Shown in pieces: positions 43,515 through 54,781 of a DNA stretch of 64,000 nucleotides (its first letter is position 1; each line of letters begins with the position of its first letter). The stretch covers positions 1,240,001 to 1,304,000 of the forward strand of contig OZ037839.1 in the NCBI GenBank assembly GCA_964035575.1, written 5' to 3'. Source of the stretch: Rhynchopus sp. YZ270_cl-10 (lineage: Eukaryota). Position numbers and translations under genes: made by a program. The notes beneath the pieces were generated by a model. The model worked only from the letters and a program-made list of their open reading frames with translations. It had not been told where the DNA came from and made no database searches.

Positions 43515-45930
43515 AAAGTGGATAAAACTCGTGTAATTTTGTGAATTCCCACAAAGGTGGGTGATAATGTGCCCTTTTGTCACTCAATTGTAACCGATAA
43601 TGTATGGGAGAATGAAATTTTATTTCCCAACCCAACAACAACGATAAAGCGTGAAGACAATAAATGAAATCAAAGCGGAATAAATTTGAGGTTTTGTGAG
43701 GCACTCAACGAGTGTGCCGGCTCTGTGGCGTCACGGAGCCACCAACACTCCCCAGTCATTTTTCCTGCGCTTCCAGGAAAACTCGCGTTTGCGACCAGGC
43801 CGAAACGAAAAAATTTAATTCACAGCAAACAGGTGTGAGGGAGAAGAAAAGAAAGTGAACAAAAACGAAAAAACAATGTTTTTCTGAAATGTGATGTTGT
43901 TGGGGTGGGGAGAATAAAACAGTTCCAGAAAAGCTCCTGCGTCGGTTTTCTTTTGGTTAAAAAAATCACTCAGTAAAAAAAAGAACTTTTTCATCACTCC
44001 CCTCAAACACCCTCAAACACTGCCAAAACGAAGAAGGACAGGATACATGACACTTACGGATACCAAGTCTCAGCGGGTATGAGAAGCAAGGAGGTGTACA
44101 AGAAGAAATGGGACGAGTTCTTGCGGTTTTCAAACCTCGAGCGACTTGGTCCGCTTTGTATTGACACGGACCTCGACACCCCGACATGTACTGGCTTTTG
44201 AGAAAGGCAGTCGGTTCCTCGGTAGATTGCGTGCAAGTGAGGGAATATCCATCTGCTTGGAAGACGTCAAAACACCAAACATAGTATTTCGCGACATAAA
44301 GGGCAGATCAAATACTCACTGCCTTACATTCTCGGTTACAATTGAGTGACACAAAGGGCATATAATCTGCAAAATTGCACGAGTTTTATTTCACTGAGTT
44401 GGTGCTTCCCGGGGGGTATGCATTTCACAAATTTTCAATTCAATTCACAACTATTCACAACTTTTCACAACTTTTCACTACCCTTTTTTCTCTCGTTCGT
44501 CGCACATCACACAGTACACAGTACACAGGTACACTGGTACACCACATCACGTTCTATCTTGTGAATCCCAGCGTGCCCCTCAATGGGTGGGTCACCACCC
44601 GCCCAAAAAAAAAAAAGCACACACAAAAAAAAAAAAATCAATTCACAACTTTTCACATTTGTTTTTACAACTTTTCACAATTTGTCACCACTTTTCGCCA
44701 GCCTTCACAATTTTGTAGCAGTTTTCGTGTTGTGAAAATTTGTGAAAACTTGTCACATTTTGTGAAAATTTGTGAAATGCACACCCCCCGGGAAGCACCA
44801 TGAGTTAGATAATTATTATCTCATGAAATAAAGTGAACATTATTTCACGAGGTGGTGGGTGACTCAAACTGGGGCTCAACTTCACGAAGCGAGTGGAGTT
44901 CAGCATTTTGATTTCATGAGTGAAGTGAGTGTAATCATAAAAGTGATGTCACGAGCGATAGCGAGTGGGTATCACGTATTCCAGTTTGTGAATCACCCAA
45001 CAGTTAAATAATGTTCACTTTAGTTTTCGATACGTAATTTTATACCACGCGTGAAAAACGTAAACAGGTGAAAAAGTGAGTGAAATAAGATTCGTTTTAT
45101 TTCACGTTTTATTTCACGCAAATCGTGAAGGATTGGGTGGGGGAGTGAAATAAAAGATCACGGAGTGATCTGAAGGACACGACGTGTTCTTCCCTGGGCT
45201 CGTTCGCTCCTGAAAGTCTGTTGAAACGGAGGAAATCGTCCCATGTTTTCCTGTACTGCACACCACTGTTCATGTCGTCGAACAAGTTGTCATATGCATC
45301 CTCCATCTCCGCAAACTTGCGCGTGGGTTTAGGCATGTGTGTAAGAGGCAATAAATAATCTGTAATTTGAAGTGTGGTGGTGTGAGGGGTGGAGCGTGGG
45401 CTCAACGTTCCACTGTTTACACCTATAAATACGTTTTTCACTTGTGGAATAAAATTACATATTGAGTGAAATAAGAACATTTTCTTGCACTTGCCACTAA
45501 AAAGGCACCCTCGTGACTCTCTCACTCTTATTCCCCTCGCTTCGCTCGGGAAATAACGCACTCGGGCACCTTTTTAGTGGCGCGTGAAATAAAATAGTTC
45601 TTATTTCACTCGAATAAATAGTTATTATCTCACGGGCAATAATGTTGTGCTGCGTTTTCGAAATTCCTACAGTATATTTGACAAATGATGTATGACCACC
45701 TAGTACGGGGCGTCAAGGTTGGGTATGGTGAACAGTTCCTCGAAGTCCTATGACTGCAACCCTTTTGGTTGCATGCGCAGATCTCCTCCACATTGCTTTT
45801 GCGCCTACTCTCGGCATGGGTTTTGTTTTGTTCTTTGTGTGCGGAGATAATGTCTACTGTATTTTGTGTAATCTCCAGGAAGGAATTTCGAAAACGCGGC
45901 CAAACATTATTACACAAGTGAGATAAAAAA
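43515..45930. mobile_element. Cluster of nested Crypton-like elements with two decayed recombinase-like N-terminal ORF fragments
   Basis: Inverted-repeat pairs ~43517-43547 / ~44365-44397 and ~45624-45668 / ~45880-45928; hairpins ~44810-45030 and ~45470-45628; related peptides SKEVYKKKWDEFLRF (+, from ATG 44079) and SGVQYRKTWDDFLRF (-, within 45109-45336). Confidence 0.5.
44400..44800. mobile_element. 401-bp MITE with 5-bp TSD
   Basis: ~38-bp TIR TGGTGCTTCCCGGGGGGT(A/G)TGCATTTCACAAATTTTCA; TSD TGAGT at 44395-44399 and 44801-44805; internal TTCACAA repeats. Confidence 0.9.
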
Positions 45931-46335
45931 TTGTTGGCTCTCTCTCTGTTGTTTTGGCTTTTGTTTTTTTGTCTATTTGTGACGAGGCCTGGAACACCTG
46001 AACATAGGCATATCTGGAAAATCTATCTGAGGTGTGGCAAATTAAATATATTCAAGCGTGTGGTTGAGGCGCACCTAAACATAAGTAAGTGCCAAGTCTG
46101 AACATTTATTTTCAGAGGCCTTAGTGAGGCTGTTTCGGCCTCGTTGCATTGTATCATGATGTAATAAGGTTCACATACTTTCGATTCAAAGAAGAGAAAG
46201 CACACAAGAAAATAAAATGCTGCAAACCACTGGGTGTGTTGTTTGCATCTACACAAGTAACTGAAAGTTAAACATTTACATACCTTGTCTTCCCCGTAGC
46301 CTCCGCCTTCGCTGCTGTCAAGCTGCCTTCTCTTG

Positions 46336-47028
46336 GTACCCAGTACCCAGTACCCAGTACCCAGTACCCAGTACCCAGTACCCAGTACCCAGTACCCAGT
46401 ACCCAGTACCCAGTACCCAGTACCCAGTACCCAGTACCCAGTACCCAGTACCCAGTACCCAGTACCCAGTACCCAGTACCCAGTACCCAGTACCCAGTAC
46501 CCAGTACCCAGTACCCAGTACCCAGTACCCAGTACCCAGTACCCAGTACCCAGTACCCAGTACCCAGTACCCAGTACCCAGTACCCAGTACCCAGTACCC
46601 AGTACCCAGTACCCAGTACCCAGTACCCAGTACCCAGTACCCAGTACCCAGTACCCAGTACCCAGTACCCAGTACCCAGTACCCAGTACCCAGTACCCAG
46701 TACCCAGTACCCAGTACCCAGTACCCAGTACCCAGTACCCAGTACCCAGTACCCAGTACCCAGTACCCAGTACCCAGTACCCAGTACCCAGTACCCAGTA
46801 CCCAGTACCCAGTACCCAGTACCCAGTACCCAGTACCCAGTACCCAGTACCCAGTACCCAGTACCCAGTACCCAGTACCCAGTACCCAGTACCCAGTACC
46901 CAGTACCCAGTACCCAGTACCCAGTACCCAGTACCCAGTACCCAGTACCCAGTACCCAGTACCCAGTACCCAGTACCCAGTACCCAGTACCCAGTACCCA
47001 GTACCCAGTACCCAGTACCCAGTACCCA
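46336..47028. repeat. Heptamer tandem array (GTACCCA)99
   Basis: 693 bp with no interruption seen; related GGTACCCA octamer repeats at ~42012-42100. Confidence 0.97.
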
Positions 47029-47686
47029 AATTGGTCGCCCCCTGGTTGGTCGAGAACCTAAAAATGCAAAAAAACGCAAAATTCATGTGTTTTGACCATG
47101 TCTGGGTACACCAAATACACACCTCTGAACAAGCCTATACCCAGTAGTAGGCAACAAGCGCTATTTTTTGACCAAGAAAAAAAAAATCCCCCAAAAATTG
47201 GGTGTAGTAGGTCATAAAATGGCCCAAAAAATCCAAAGAAAACCTCAGATTGACCAAACAATGAAAAAAATTTTCAAGTCAAATTTTCAGCCAAAATACG
47301 GCTATTTTGGTTATACCATGTGTACTGTAGTGGCTATACAAGGCGATTTTCGGCCAAAAAAAATTTTTTTGGCCAAAAAAAAATTTTTTTTTTCGGCCCA
47401 AAAAAAAATTTTTTTTTTTTTTTTGGGTCCGACTGTCGGACCCCAGAGTCCGACAGACGGACTCCAGAGTCCGTCTGTCGGACCCCTGAGTCCGACTGTC
47501 GGACTCAGGGGGTCCGACTGTCGGACTCAGGGGGTAAGTCCGTTATTTACACACTCCAAGCACGACAGACCGCACCGTGTTTGTGCCAGCCAGCCAGGGT
47601 GTTTCCTAATTTGCTTCCGCTTCCGGGGATTTGGAAAAAATTGGCCAGGGAAAAAATTTGCGGGAAAAAATTAGGGACGTATTTAA

Positions 47687-49151
47687 CCCTTAGCCAACCA
47701 AGGCATTTTCAGGTGTGTTTTTTTGCTTTTTGGGGGTCCAGGCTCTCCAAGAGGCAAAATGTGAAGGGCAACGACTTTTTGGCCGATTCTGGTCGCAATT
47801 GAAAGATTTTGAGCAGAACTTTTGATTATTTATGTTTTGGACTTTTTTTGAAAAAAAAAATATCCAACCCAACTGCAAGGCGTGCGGAAAGACGAATGTG
47901 ACGGCGAAACACCTCCTGAAGCAATGCCCCAAGCTTACTGACAAAAGAGCCAACCTGTGCAGCAACACCTCGTGGGGAACACTCCTCACTCAACAACCAG
48001 AAGTGGTCCTAGAATACTTGGTGTCCTCCGGATTGTCTGATGACTCTCTGAGTGACCTTCTGAGACCAGCTGTAACGAATTGAAGGGAACATAACTTTTT
48101 ACTTTTATCTACTTTTACTTTTACTCTTACTAGCAACAAGAGGATACCAAAAACAAAGAAAACATCAAGCGAACACACCGACCAGCATATCAGCTGATCA
48201 CGGGAACCTCTTTTTCAGGCTTCCACCTTTTGACGTCAGGCCAGTGTCCTAAACGATGCTGCCACACCCTGAGGGGGAGGTGTGCTGTCTGTAAACTCTG
48301 TGTGGCAACAACGGGGAGGTGACCTCCGTATATCGGCAACCCGCACGTCCTAGATGTGAAAAACGGCACCAGCCGGGACACGGTCCCGGGTTTACTCTGG
48401 ATAGAACAAAAAAAGAGCAGCCACACTGCTTCGGCAGCGCTAAAGAGACGAGAGTAAATACCAAGTAAAAAAAAAAAAAAAAAAATATTTTGTAAAAATC
48501 CAAAATGCTTGGAAAAAAACACCCAAAAATTCGAGGAAAATAGCTCCCGCAGTCCTCTGACGAAATATATGTGCAAAACCGGAACTCGAAAATGGCGTTA
48601 TTTGAAAGATCGAGAGCAAATGACATCAATAAAAAAAAAATCGGTCAGAAATATGGAGTAGAAGTTGTATGAACAGCTTGAGAGAGGAACAAAAAATAGT
48701 GAAAAACAGTGAAAAAACAGTGAAAACAGTCAAAACCAGTGAAAACCAGTGAAAACCAGTGAAAAGGAGGTGAAAGTCCTGTTGGTGTGAGGGTGGCTGT
48801 GATACGAATGGGAGGTCGTGCGACCCCGCAATTGCTTTATTTTTGCTCATATGTGACAAATACCATATTTTTGACATTTTTTGGGGTCTTGGTTGGGCCT
48901 TGGGCACCAACCCAAAAACCAGACAATAGCATCAACTTTCAGTGTTTGGGGGAGACAATCCCTGACGCTGCCTACCAAATATGTGATTGATTTTCCCCCC
49001 CGAAAACATGTTTTTTGGAACGTTTCGTGACAAATCTTTTCAACATAAAAAAAATCGATCAAAAAGTCCAAAATAAAATTTATTTACTGGTGTTCTTCAT
49101 AAAACGCCCCAAAAAAAACAACCCCTGTACGGGTTGCTGGTTGGCTAAGGG
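47687..49151. mobile_element. piggyBac-like non-autonomous element
   Basis: TIR CCCTTAGCCAACCA; TTAA on both sides. Confidence 0.92.
47865..48485 (+). mobile_element. 5'-truncated non-LTR retrotransposon remnant (C-terminal CCHC knuckle, 3' UTR, poly-A)
   Basis: CKACGKTNVTAKHLLKQCP has the Cx2C...Hx4C spacing of LINE ORF2 C-termini; stop at 48083; A-run at ~48467-48485; A(n)TAT on both sides may be the TSD. Confidence 0.6.
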
Positions 49152-50174
49152 TTAAAGTGCTTATTTTTTGGTATTTTCCCGAAAAAAGTATGTTCGCTGT
49201 TCTGGATCGCTCCAATCATTCAAATAAAGCAGTTTTCGGGAATTTTTATTTTCACCGATGTTGGGTACCGTGCGCCTGCGGCGCTGCCTGTTCCTACCAG
49301 TTTCTACAGGCAAACACTTGGCCCCCTTTACCTTACACTGACGGGTTTTGACCAAAACGAAGGACTTGTCCATTTCGTCAAATTGACCCCACCACAGAAC
49401 GGGTGGATTCCGGAAATGCAAATGCCGGTGTTTTCGGGCATTTTCATGTTTTCAGGATCAGGGAGAGAAAATATGGGTTGTGGGATTTACCTGGTCCCCT
49501 TTTCCTTACACTCATTTTGACCAAAACCAAGAACTTGGCCATTTCGGCAAATTGACCCCACCACAGCGCGGACGGATTCCGGAAATGCCATTCGCGGTGT
49601 GTTTTAGGCCTGAAAACCGACTGTTTCTTCAGGGAAAAAATTTGCTTCCGGATGTCGAAATTTTCGGGAAAAGTTCCGAAATTAGGAAACACCCTGCAGC
49701 CAGCGGATAAGTTAGCTTTTTTATTTTTCGCCAAATCCCGGTTTTTCCGGTTTTTTCCGGTTTTTCCCACCCACACAAAAATAATAATGAAAAGTCACAA
49801 AAAAATGCCAGCGACCCCAAAATTCTACCCAGCCCCAGGTCTAAACCCACCAGCTCTTTGAACGACTTTTTCTGACTTCCATAGCCAGTGTTTGTGCGGC
49901 ACAAAGATCTGCCAGGGGGAGGTAACTGAGGCGTCGCTCTTCGCCAATAAACGCGTTGATATACTCCTCACAGCTGTGATATAAAATCGAACATTTTTAC
50001 AGCCAAACTATGGCATGGTAGGGCTACTGCTCATAAATTTTGGCTGCGCCACAGGCGCAGCCACGGTACGCTACTTTTTTATGATCGCCGATCCCTTATT
50101 CTTGCTCGATATGAGGAGTTGGGCTGCTGGGGGGGGTGGGTGGGAACCGGACTTCCTTCAGGTCCTGGTCCAAA

Positions 50175-51020
50175 AATAGCTATTTATTAACAACAAATAA
50201 TGGGTCATTATTTCACTCGAGAATCGGTGAGTGCTCCTCGAGTGCCCGAAGGGCACGAGAGGGGCACGAACCGATTCGAGAGTGAAAAAATGGCCCATAT
50301 TGGCGTTGATAAGGTAGTTTTATTGCATATGGTGATAATTTTGAGTACTCCTGATTTTTGGAGTTAAATAAAGTGGCTTTATGGGGTGGAATTTTACTTT
50401 ATGGGGTGGATTCTTTCATTTTATGGTCAAAAACAGGGTGTATTGGTTGAAATTTTAACTTGTCGATTTTTTTCAAGTTTTTTTTGCATTTTTTGGGCCC
50501 AAAGACCCACTCAGGGGTCAAAAATTTCACGGGAAAAAATTTGGCAGAAAATTGGGATTTTTCTGAAAATTTTCATTGTGCCCAGCAAAAATCCTTGATT
50601 TTTTGAAGAATTTTCCAAAAAATATGCTATACCCCCTATGACTGGACCCAACTCCCCTCACCCTTTTTTTCCCCTAAAAAAGCCCCCAAAATTCCTACCA
50701 TTTTTACCATTTTTACCATTTTTGACCAATTTAGGGTACCTCCAAAATTCTTGCTTTTTTTGCATTTTTGGGCCCATCTGAGCCCAAAAAAAAATTTTTT
50801 TTTCGGCTGAAAAATGTCTTTGCGAAAAAAAAAATTTTCAACTTTATAGGGTGAAAAAATCACTTTATAGGGTGGGAAAACCACTTTATAGGGTGAAAAA
50901 ACCACTTTATAGGGTGGGAAATCACTTTATAGGGTGGGATAAAGTGCCCAGAGTTGGATAAAGTGGTGGTGGAGGGTACATAAAGGAGTACGATAAATTT
51001 TCACCAATGCAATAAAAATT
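50175..51020 (+). mobile_element. Crypton-like hairpin element
   Basis: Palindrome centred on GTGCCCGAAGGGCAC (~50200-50300), then inverted repeat TTTTATTGCATATGGTG / CACCAATGCAATAAAA; ~22-bp CACTTTATAGGGTG repeats at ~50840-50938. Confidence 0.55.
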
Positions 51021-51041
51021 TTTTTTCAAAAATCCCGAATC

Positions 51042-51077
<36 letters not shown>

Positions 51078-52468
51078 AAAAAACCGGAAACCGGGAAAAC
51101 CCGGTTTTCAAAACCGGAAAACCGGGTCAAACTTAACCCCTGGTGCCAGCAAAGTTAAAGCAAAGGGGTGGGGAAAAGAAAATTTTGGTAATAATTACGT
51201 AAGGACACCACTAAGCGGTGCACGAAAGGGGAGATGGCCTTGAGTACGAACTAGGGAGGAGGTGGGGGTGGAGGGGGTGGAGGGAAGCAAAGACAAGGGG
51301 GTGGGGTGGGGGGGAAAAGGAAAGATCATGGGCGACAGGTGGTTCGCATGCGCTTCACATATCCACTCACTTCGCCACATGGAAGCAATGCGCAGCCCTG
51401 AAGGTTAATCGACCCACCTGTCCGCATTCGCCGATCGATCCAGTTAGTCACTTCAAACAAAAGGGTATGTCTTAGAGAGGAGGTAGGGGGAGGGAGAGAG
51501 AGGGGGTCTAGGGAAGAATCAGTGTACCTGTTGGTTGTTGTTGAGTGAAGTCCTGTGAGGTCGAAAACCTAGAAAACGGTGGGGTAGTAGGGTTGGGTGC
51601 TGTCTTTTACGTACGGGTGGAGTGAGATCGGGGAAACGCAAAAACCAAGAAAAAAAAAATGTGGCAATTCTGCTTTATTTTTGTGTTAGTGTTCTCAATT
51701 CCACTTCCAACCTTACTTGAGTAAGTGGCAAAAGTAATAAAACAACCTCGCTGTCAAGCTCTTTCAAGATTCTGATAGGTCCCTAGATCTGCCTAGACGT
51801 AGCAAAGCCACGCTAGTGACTTTGAAGGGGGAAGGTATAGGGAATAGAGTTGAATGCGAAGAATGGTGTTTTGTTCCCTCCTGTGTCGCGGTGTAGAAGG
51901 GCAGAAAAAAGCAATAACGTTATGGGAGGAAAATAGTCGGGGCTTTTTTCTTATTTAATCCCGCTTGCGGGGGGGTGCTGTGCAGCTTGCAAAGCGTACT
52001 CCTTCTATTTGCTCTCTTTTAAGGATGCTGTGGAGAATATAGTGTGTCCGCTATCTTTGTGATAGTAGTCTATAAGCAAACAAAGTCTTATCCAATCTTG
52101 CGGGAGGAGTGATGTGTAGGGTGTAAGCATTCGGTCATTTGTATTTGTCGACCCTTTGCATGACCTCGACTGAGATGTGTTTTAGGACGTTTCAACTACT
52201 CTTTTCATTTCTCGAGACCTTCCAAGACATAGCTTGCAGACAGAGCTGAACCCCAACAGGGTTGGCCTGTGTGTCATTAGCATTGATACGTGCACCGTTT
52301 TCCTGTCTAAAACCAAATGAAAAGACCCCCCTATCTCCCTCCTTTATGTCCCTATGTTCTTTCCCACCCGTCCTAATAGCACTGGACTGGCAGGCGTGAC
52401 ACTTCGAGGAGCCGTGCTCTTCCTTACCCAACAACCCACCCGCAGAGATACATCAAGAGACACATAAA

Positions 52469-53320
52469 ATGGAACTGACTATCCAGGTCTTTGGGAAGGA
52501 CTTCGTGATTGAGGTGGGTGAGAACGACACAACGAAGACGATGCGGGAGAAGGTGGCGTCTGCAACAGGGTTGTGCGAAGACAGCTTCCGCATGGGCTTC
52601 GGAGGGAAGGAGGAAGGAGAGGACATCACAGAACTGAGTGCTGGAGACACAGTCGTGTTGACGAAAACGATGAAGTACGAAGCCATATCAGCTCTTCATG
52701 CATTGGGTGAGACAAACATCACAGCAGAAAGGTTGCAGCAGGTGGAGGATCCGAAGGTGGCCAGCTTGCTTCTTCAGGCAGAAGTTGCGACTGAGTTTCC
52801 AAACGGCTTCTTCTCAGGTAGTGCCGTAACGCGCATTGGTTTCAGTTGCGTACCCAATGTGGATGACAACTGTGGCATCACACTGCACCTGCCTGCATTA
52901 CCTTGCGTCACCACGATTGGTGACTGGTTTCTCGCCAACTGCGAAACGCTGTCGCAAGTGGACCTGACCGGGCTGCAATCAGTCACCACGATTGATGACA
53001 ATTTTCTCTCCAACTGCACAGTGTTGTCGAAAGTCGACCTCACCGGCTTGCAAGCAGTCACCACGATTGGTGACAATTTTCTCTCCGGCTGCACGTCGGT
53101 GTCGAAAGTCGACATCACCGGCCTGCATTCAGTCACCACGATTGGTCACGGGTTTCTCTCCTCCTGCGAAACGTTGTCGAAAGTGGACCTGGGCGGCCTG
53201 CAATCAGTCACCACGATTGGTGACTGGTTTCTCTACGACTGCACAACGTTGTCGAAAGTCGACGGAATGGACAAGTGTAGCAACGTTGTACGCAGCAGAC
53301 TAGGTGACGTTGGTTTTTAG
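52469..53320 (+). CDS. UBL-LRR family B protein copy B2 (283 aa, 5 LRR units)
   Basis: Near-identical N-terminus and cap to B1; exactly 20 x 25 aa shorter. Confidence 0.88.
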   Translation: MELTIQVFGKDFVIEVGENDTTKTMREKVASATGLCEDSFRMGFGGKEEGEDITELSAGDTVVLTKTMKYEAISALHALGETNITAERLQQVEDPKVASLLLQAEVATEFPNGFFSGSAVTRIGFSCVPNVDDNCGITLHLPALPCVTTIGDWFLANCETLSQVDLTGLQSVTTIDDNFLSNCTVLSKVDLTGLQAVTTIGDNFLSGCTSVSKVDITGLHSVTTIGHGFLSSCETLSKVDLGGLQSVTTIGDWFLYDCTTLSKVDGMDKCSNVVRSRLGDVGF

Positions 53321-53779
53321 GGGCAGTAAAGAAAGCGGGAGTGGGAATTGGGGTGTTGGGATTATTGGGTGTGTTTGGGCGGGTCGAGTAGTACCCCCAC
53401 AGTGGTTATTCAGGAAAAAATAAAAGTGTTTTCTGTCAGGAGAGGGGATGTTTCCATTACATGCCAACTTCTCAAGAGCAGTGCCGCAGGACCATAGTAG
53501 AGCCCTTCGATCCTGAGACGGCGAAAGACCCATAGCACCATCCAGCAGCTGGGTTCTCTCTCCGCAGTTTCCACTCAGGGATAGCTGGATCTCCAAATGA
53601 GGAGTTGCGACGGGACATTGTGTTTTTTTTTTTTTTTACACACACACACTCTCTTTCTCTCTCTGGCTACGGTATCTGAAGTGTTTTATCTCACACCTCC
53701 TTCATTTCCCTGAAATCCATCCTTGACATAATCATTTCAGAATTTACACACTTTTTTATTCTCCTTTTTTATTGCTTCT

Positions 53780-53966
53780 ATGCCGTCATCGATAGATGCA
53801 TTTACACAAGCATGCAAGGAGCGAGGTATGAGGAAGCCCACTGAACCTGACCTCGCAGAAGCTGTACAACGGCGACCTCTCGCCTGACAGCGTCAAGGGC
53901 AACGAAGTTGTGGACCGTGCACATGACAAAGGGATTGCCGTGCAGTTAGTCACTTCAAACAAAAGG
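53780..53966 (+). pseudogene. Internally deleted duplicate of PKAR exon 1 (smaller remnant at ~51441-51465)
   Basis: Matches parts of 56454-56843 with two large deletions and is followed by the same GTATGTC intron-1 start. Confidence 0.85.
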
Positions 53967-54781
53967 GTATGTCTTAGAGAGGAGGTAGGGGGAGGGAGAG
54001 AGAGGGGGTCTAGGGAAGAATCAGTGTACCTGTTGGTTGTTGTTGAGTGAAGTCCTGTGAGGTCGAAAACCTAGAAAACGGTGGGGTAGGGTTGGGTGCT
54101 GTCTTTTACGTACGGGTGGAGTGAGATCGGGGCCCAGAAGGGGGAAGGTCTAGGGAATAGAGTTGAATGCGAAGAATTGTGTTTTGTTCCCTCCTGTGTT
54201 GCGGTGTAGAAGGGCAGAAAAAAGCAATAACGTTATGGGAGGAAAATAGTCGGGGCTTTTTCCTTATTTAATCCCGCTTGCGGGGGGTGATGTGCAGCTT
54301 GCAAAGCGTACTCCTTCTATTTGCTCTCTTTTAAGGGTGCTGTGGAGAATATAGTGTGTCTGCTATCTTTGTGATAGTAGTCTATAAGCAAACAAAGTCT
54401 TATCCAATCTTGCGGGAGGAGTGATGTGTAGGGTGTAAGCATTCGGTCATTTGTATTTGTCGACCCTTTGCATGACCTCGACTGAGATGTGTTTTAGGAC
54501 GTTTCAACTACTCTTTTCATTTCTCGAGACCTTCCAAGACATAGCTTGCAGACAGAGGTGAAACCCCAACAGGGTTGGCCTGTGTGTCATTAGCATTGAT
54601 ACGTGCACCATTTTCCTGTCTAAAACCAAATGAAAAGACCCCCCTATCTCCCTCCTTTATGTCCCTATGTTCTTTCCCACCCGTCCTAATAGCAATGGAC
54701 TGGCAGGCGTGACACTTCGAGGAGCCGTGCTCTTCCTTACCCAACAACCCACCCGCAGAGATACATCAAGAGACACATAAA

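Larger units (their letters stand above)
41849..47579. mobile_element. 5.7-kb composite non-autonomous element with CAC termini (EnSpm/CACTA-like)
   Basis: TIR CACGGTGC(A/G)GTCTGTC; TT on both sides; palindromic subterminal GTCCGAC(A/T)GTCGGAC arrays at ~41872-42006 and ~47427-47533. Confidence 0.7.
47595..49696. mobile_element. hAT-type non-autonomous element
   Basis: 18-bp perfect TIR CAGGGTGTTTCCTAATTT; 8-bp TSD CAGCCAGC. Confidence 0.92.
47591..51142. mobile_element. Outer hAT-type element whose left TIR is interrupted by a younger element
   Basis: TSD GTGCCAGC at 47583-47590 and 51143-51150; reconstructed left end CAGCGGATAAGTT vs right-end complement CAGGGGTTAAGTT. Confidence 0.7.

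Noticed and set aside
46268..47122. Long ORFs (VLGTGYW)n and (PSTQYPV)n
   Set aside because: Artefacts of a stop-free heptamer tandem repeat
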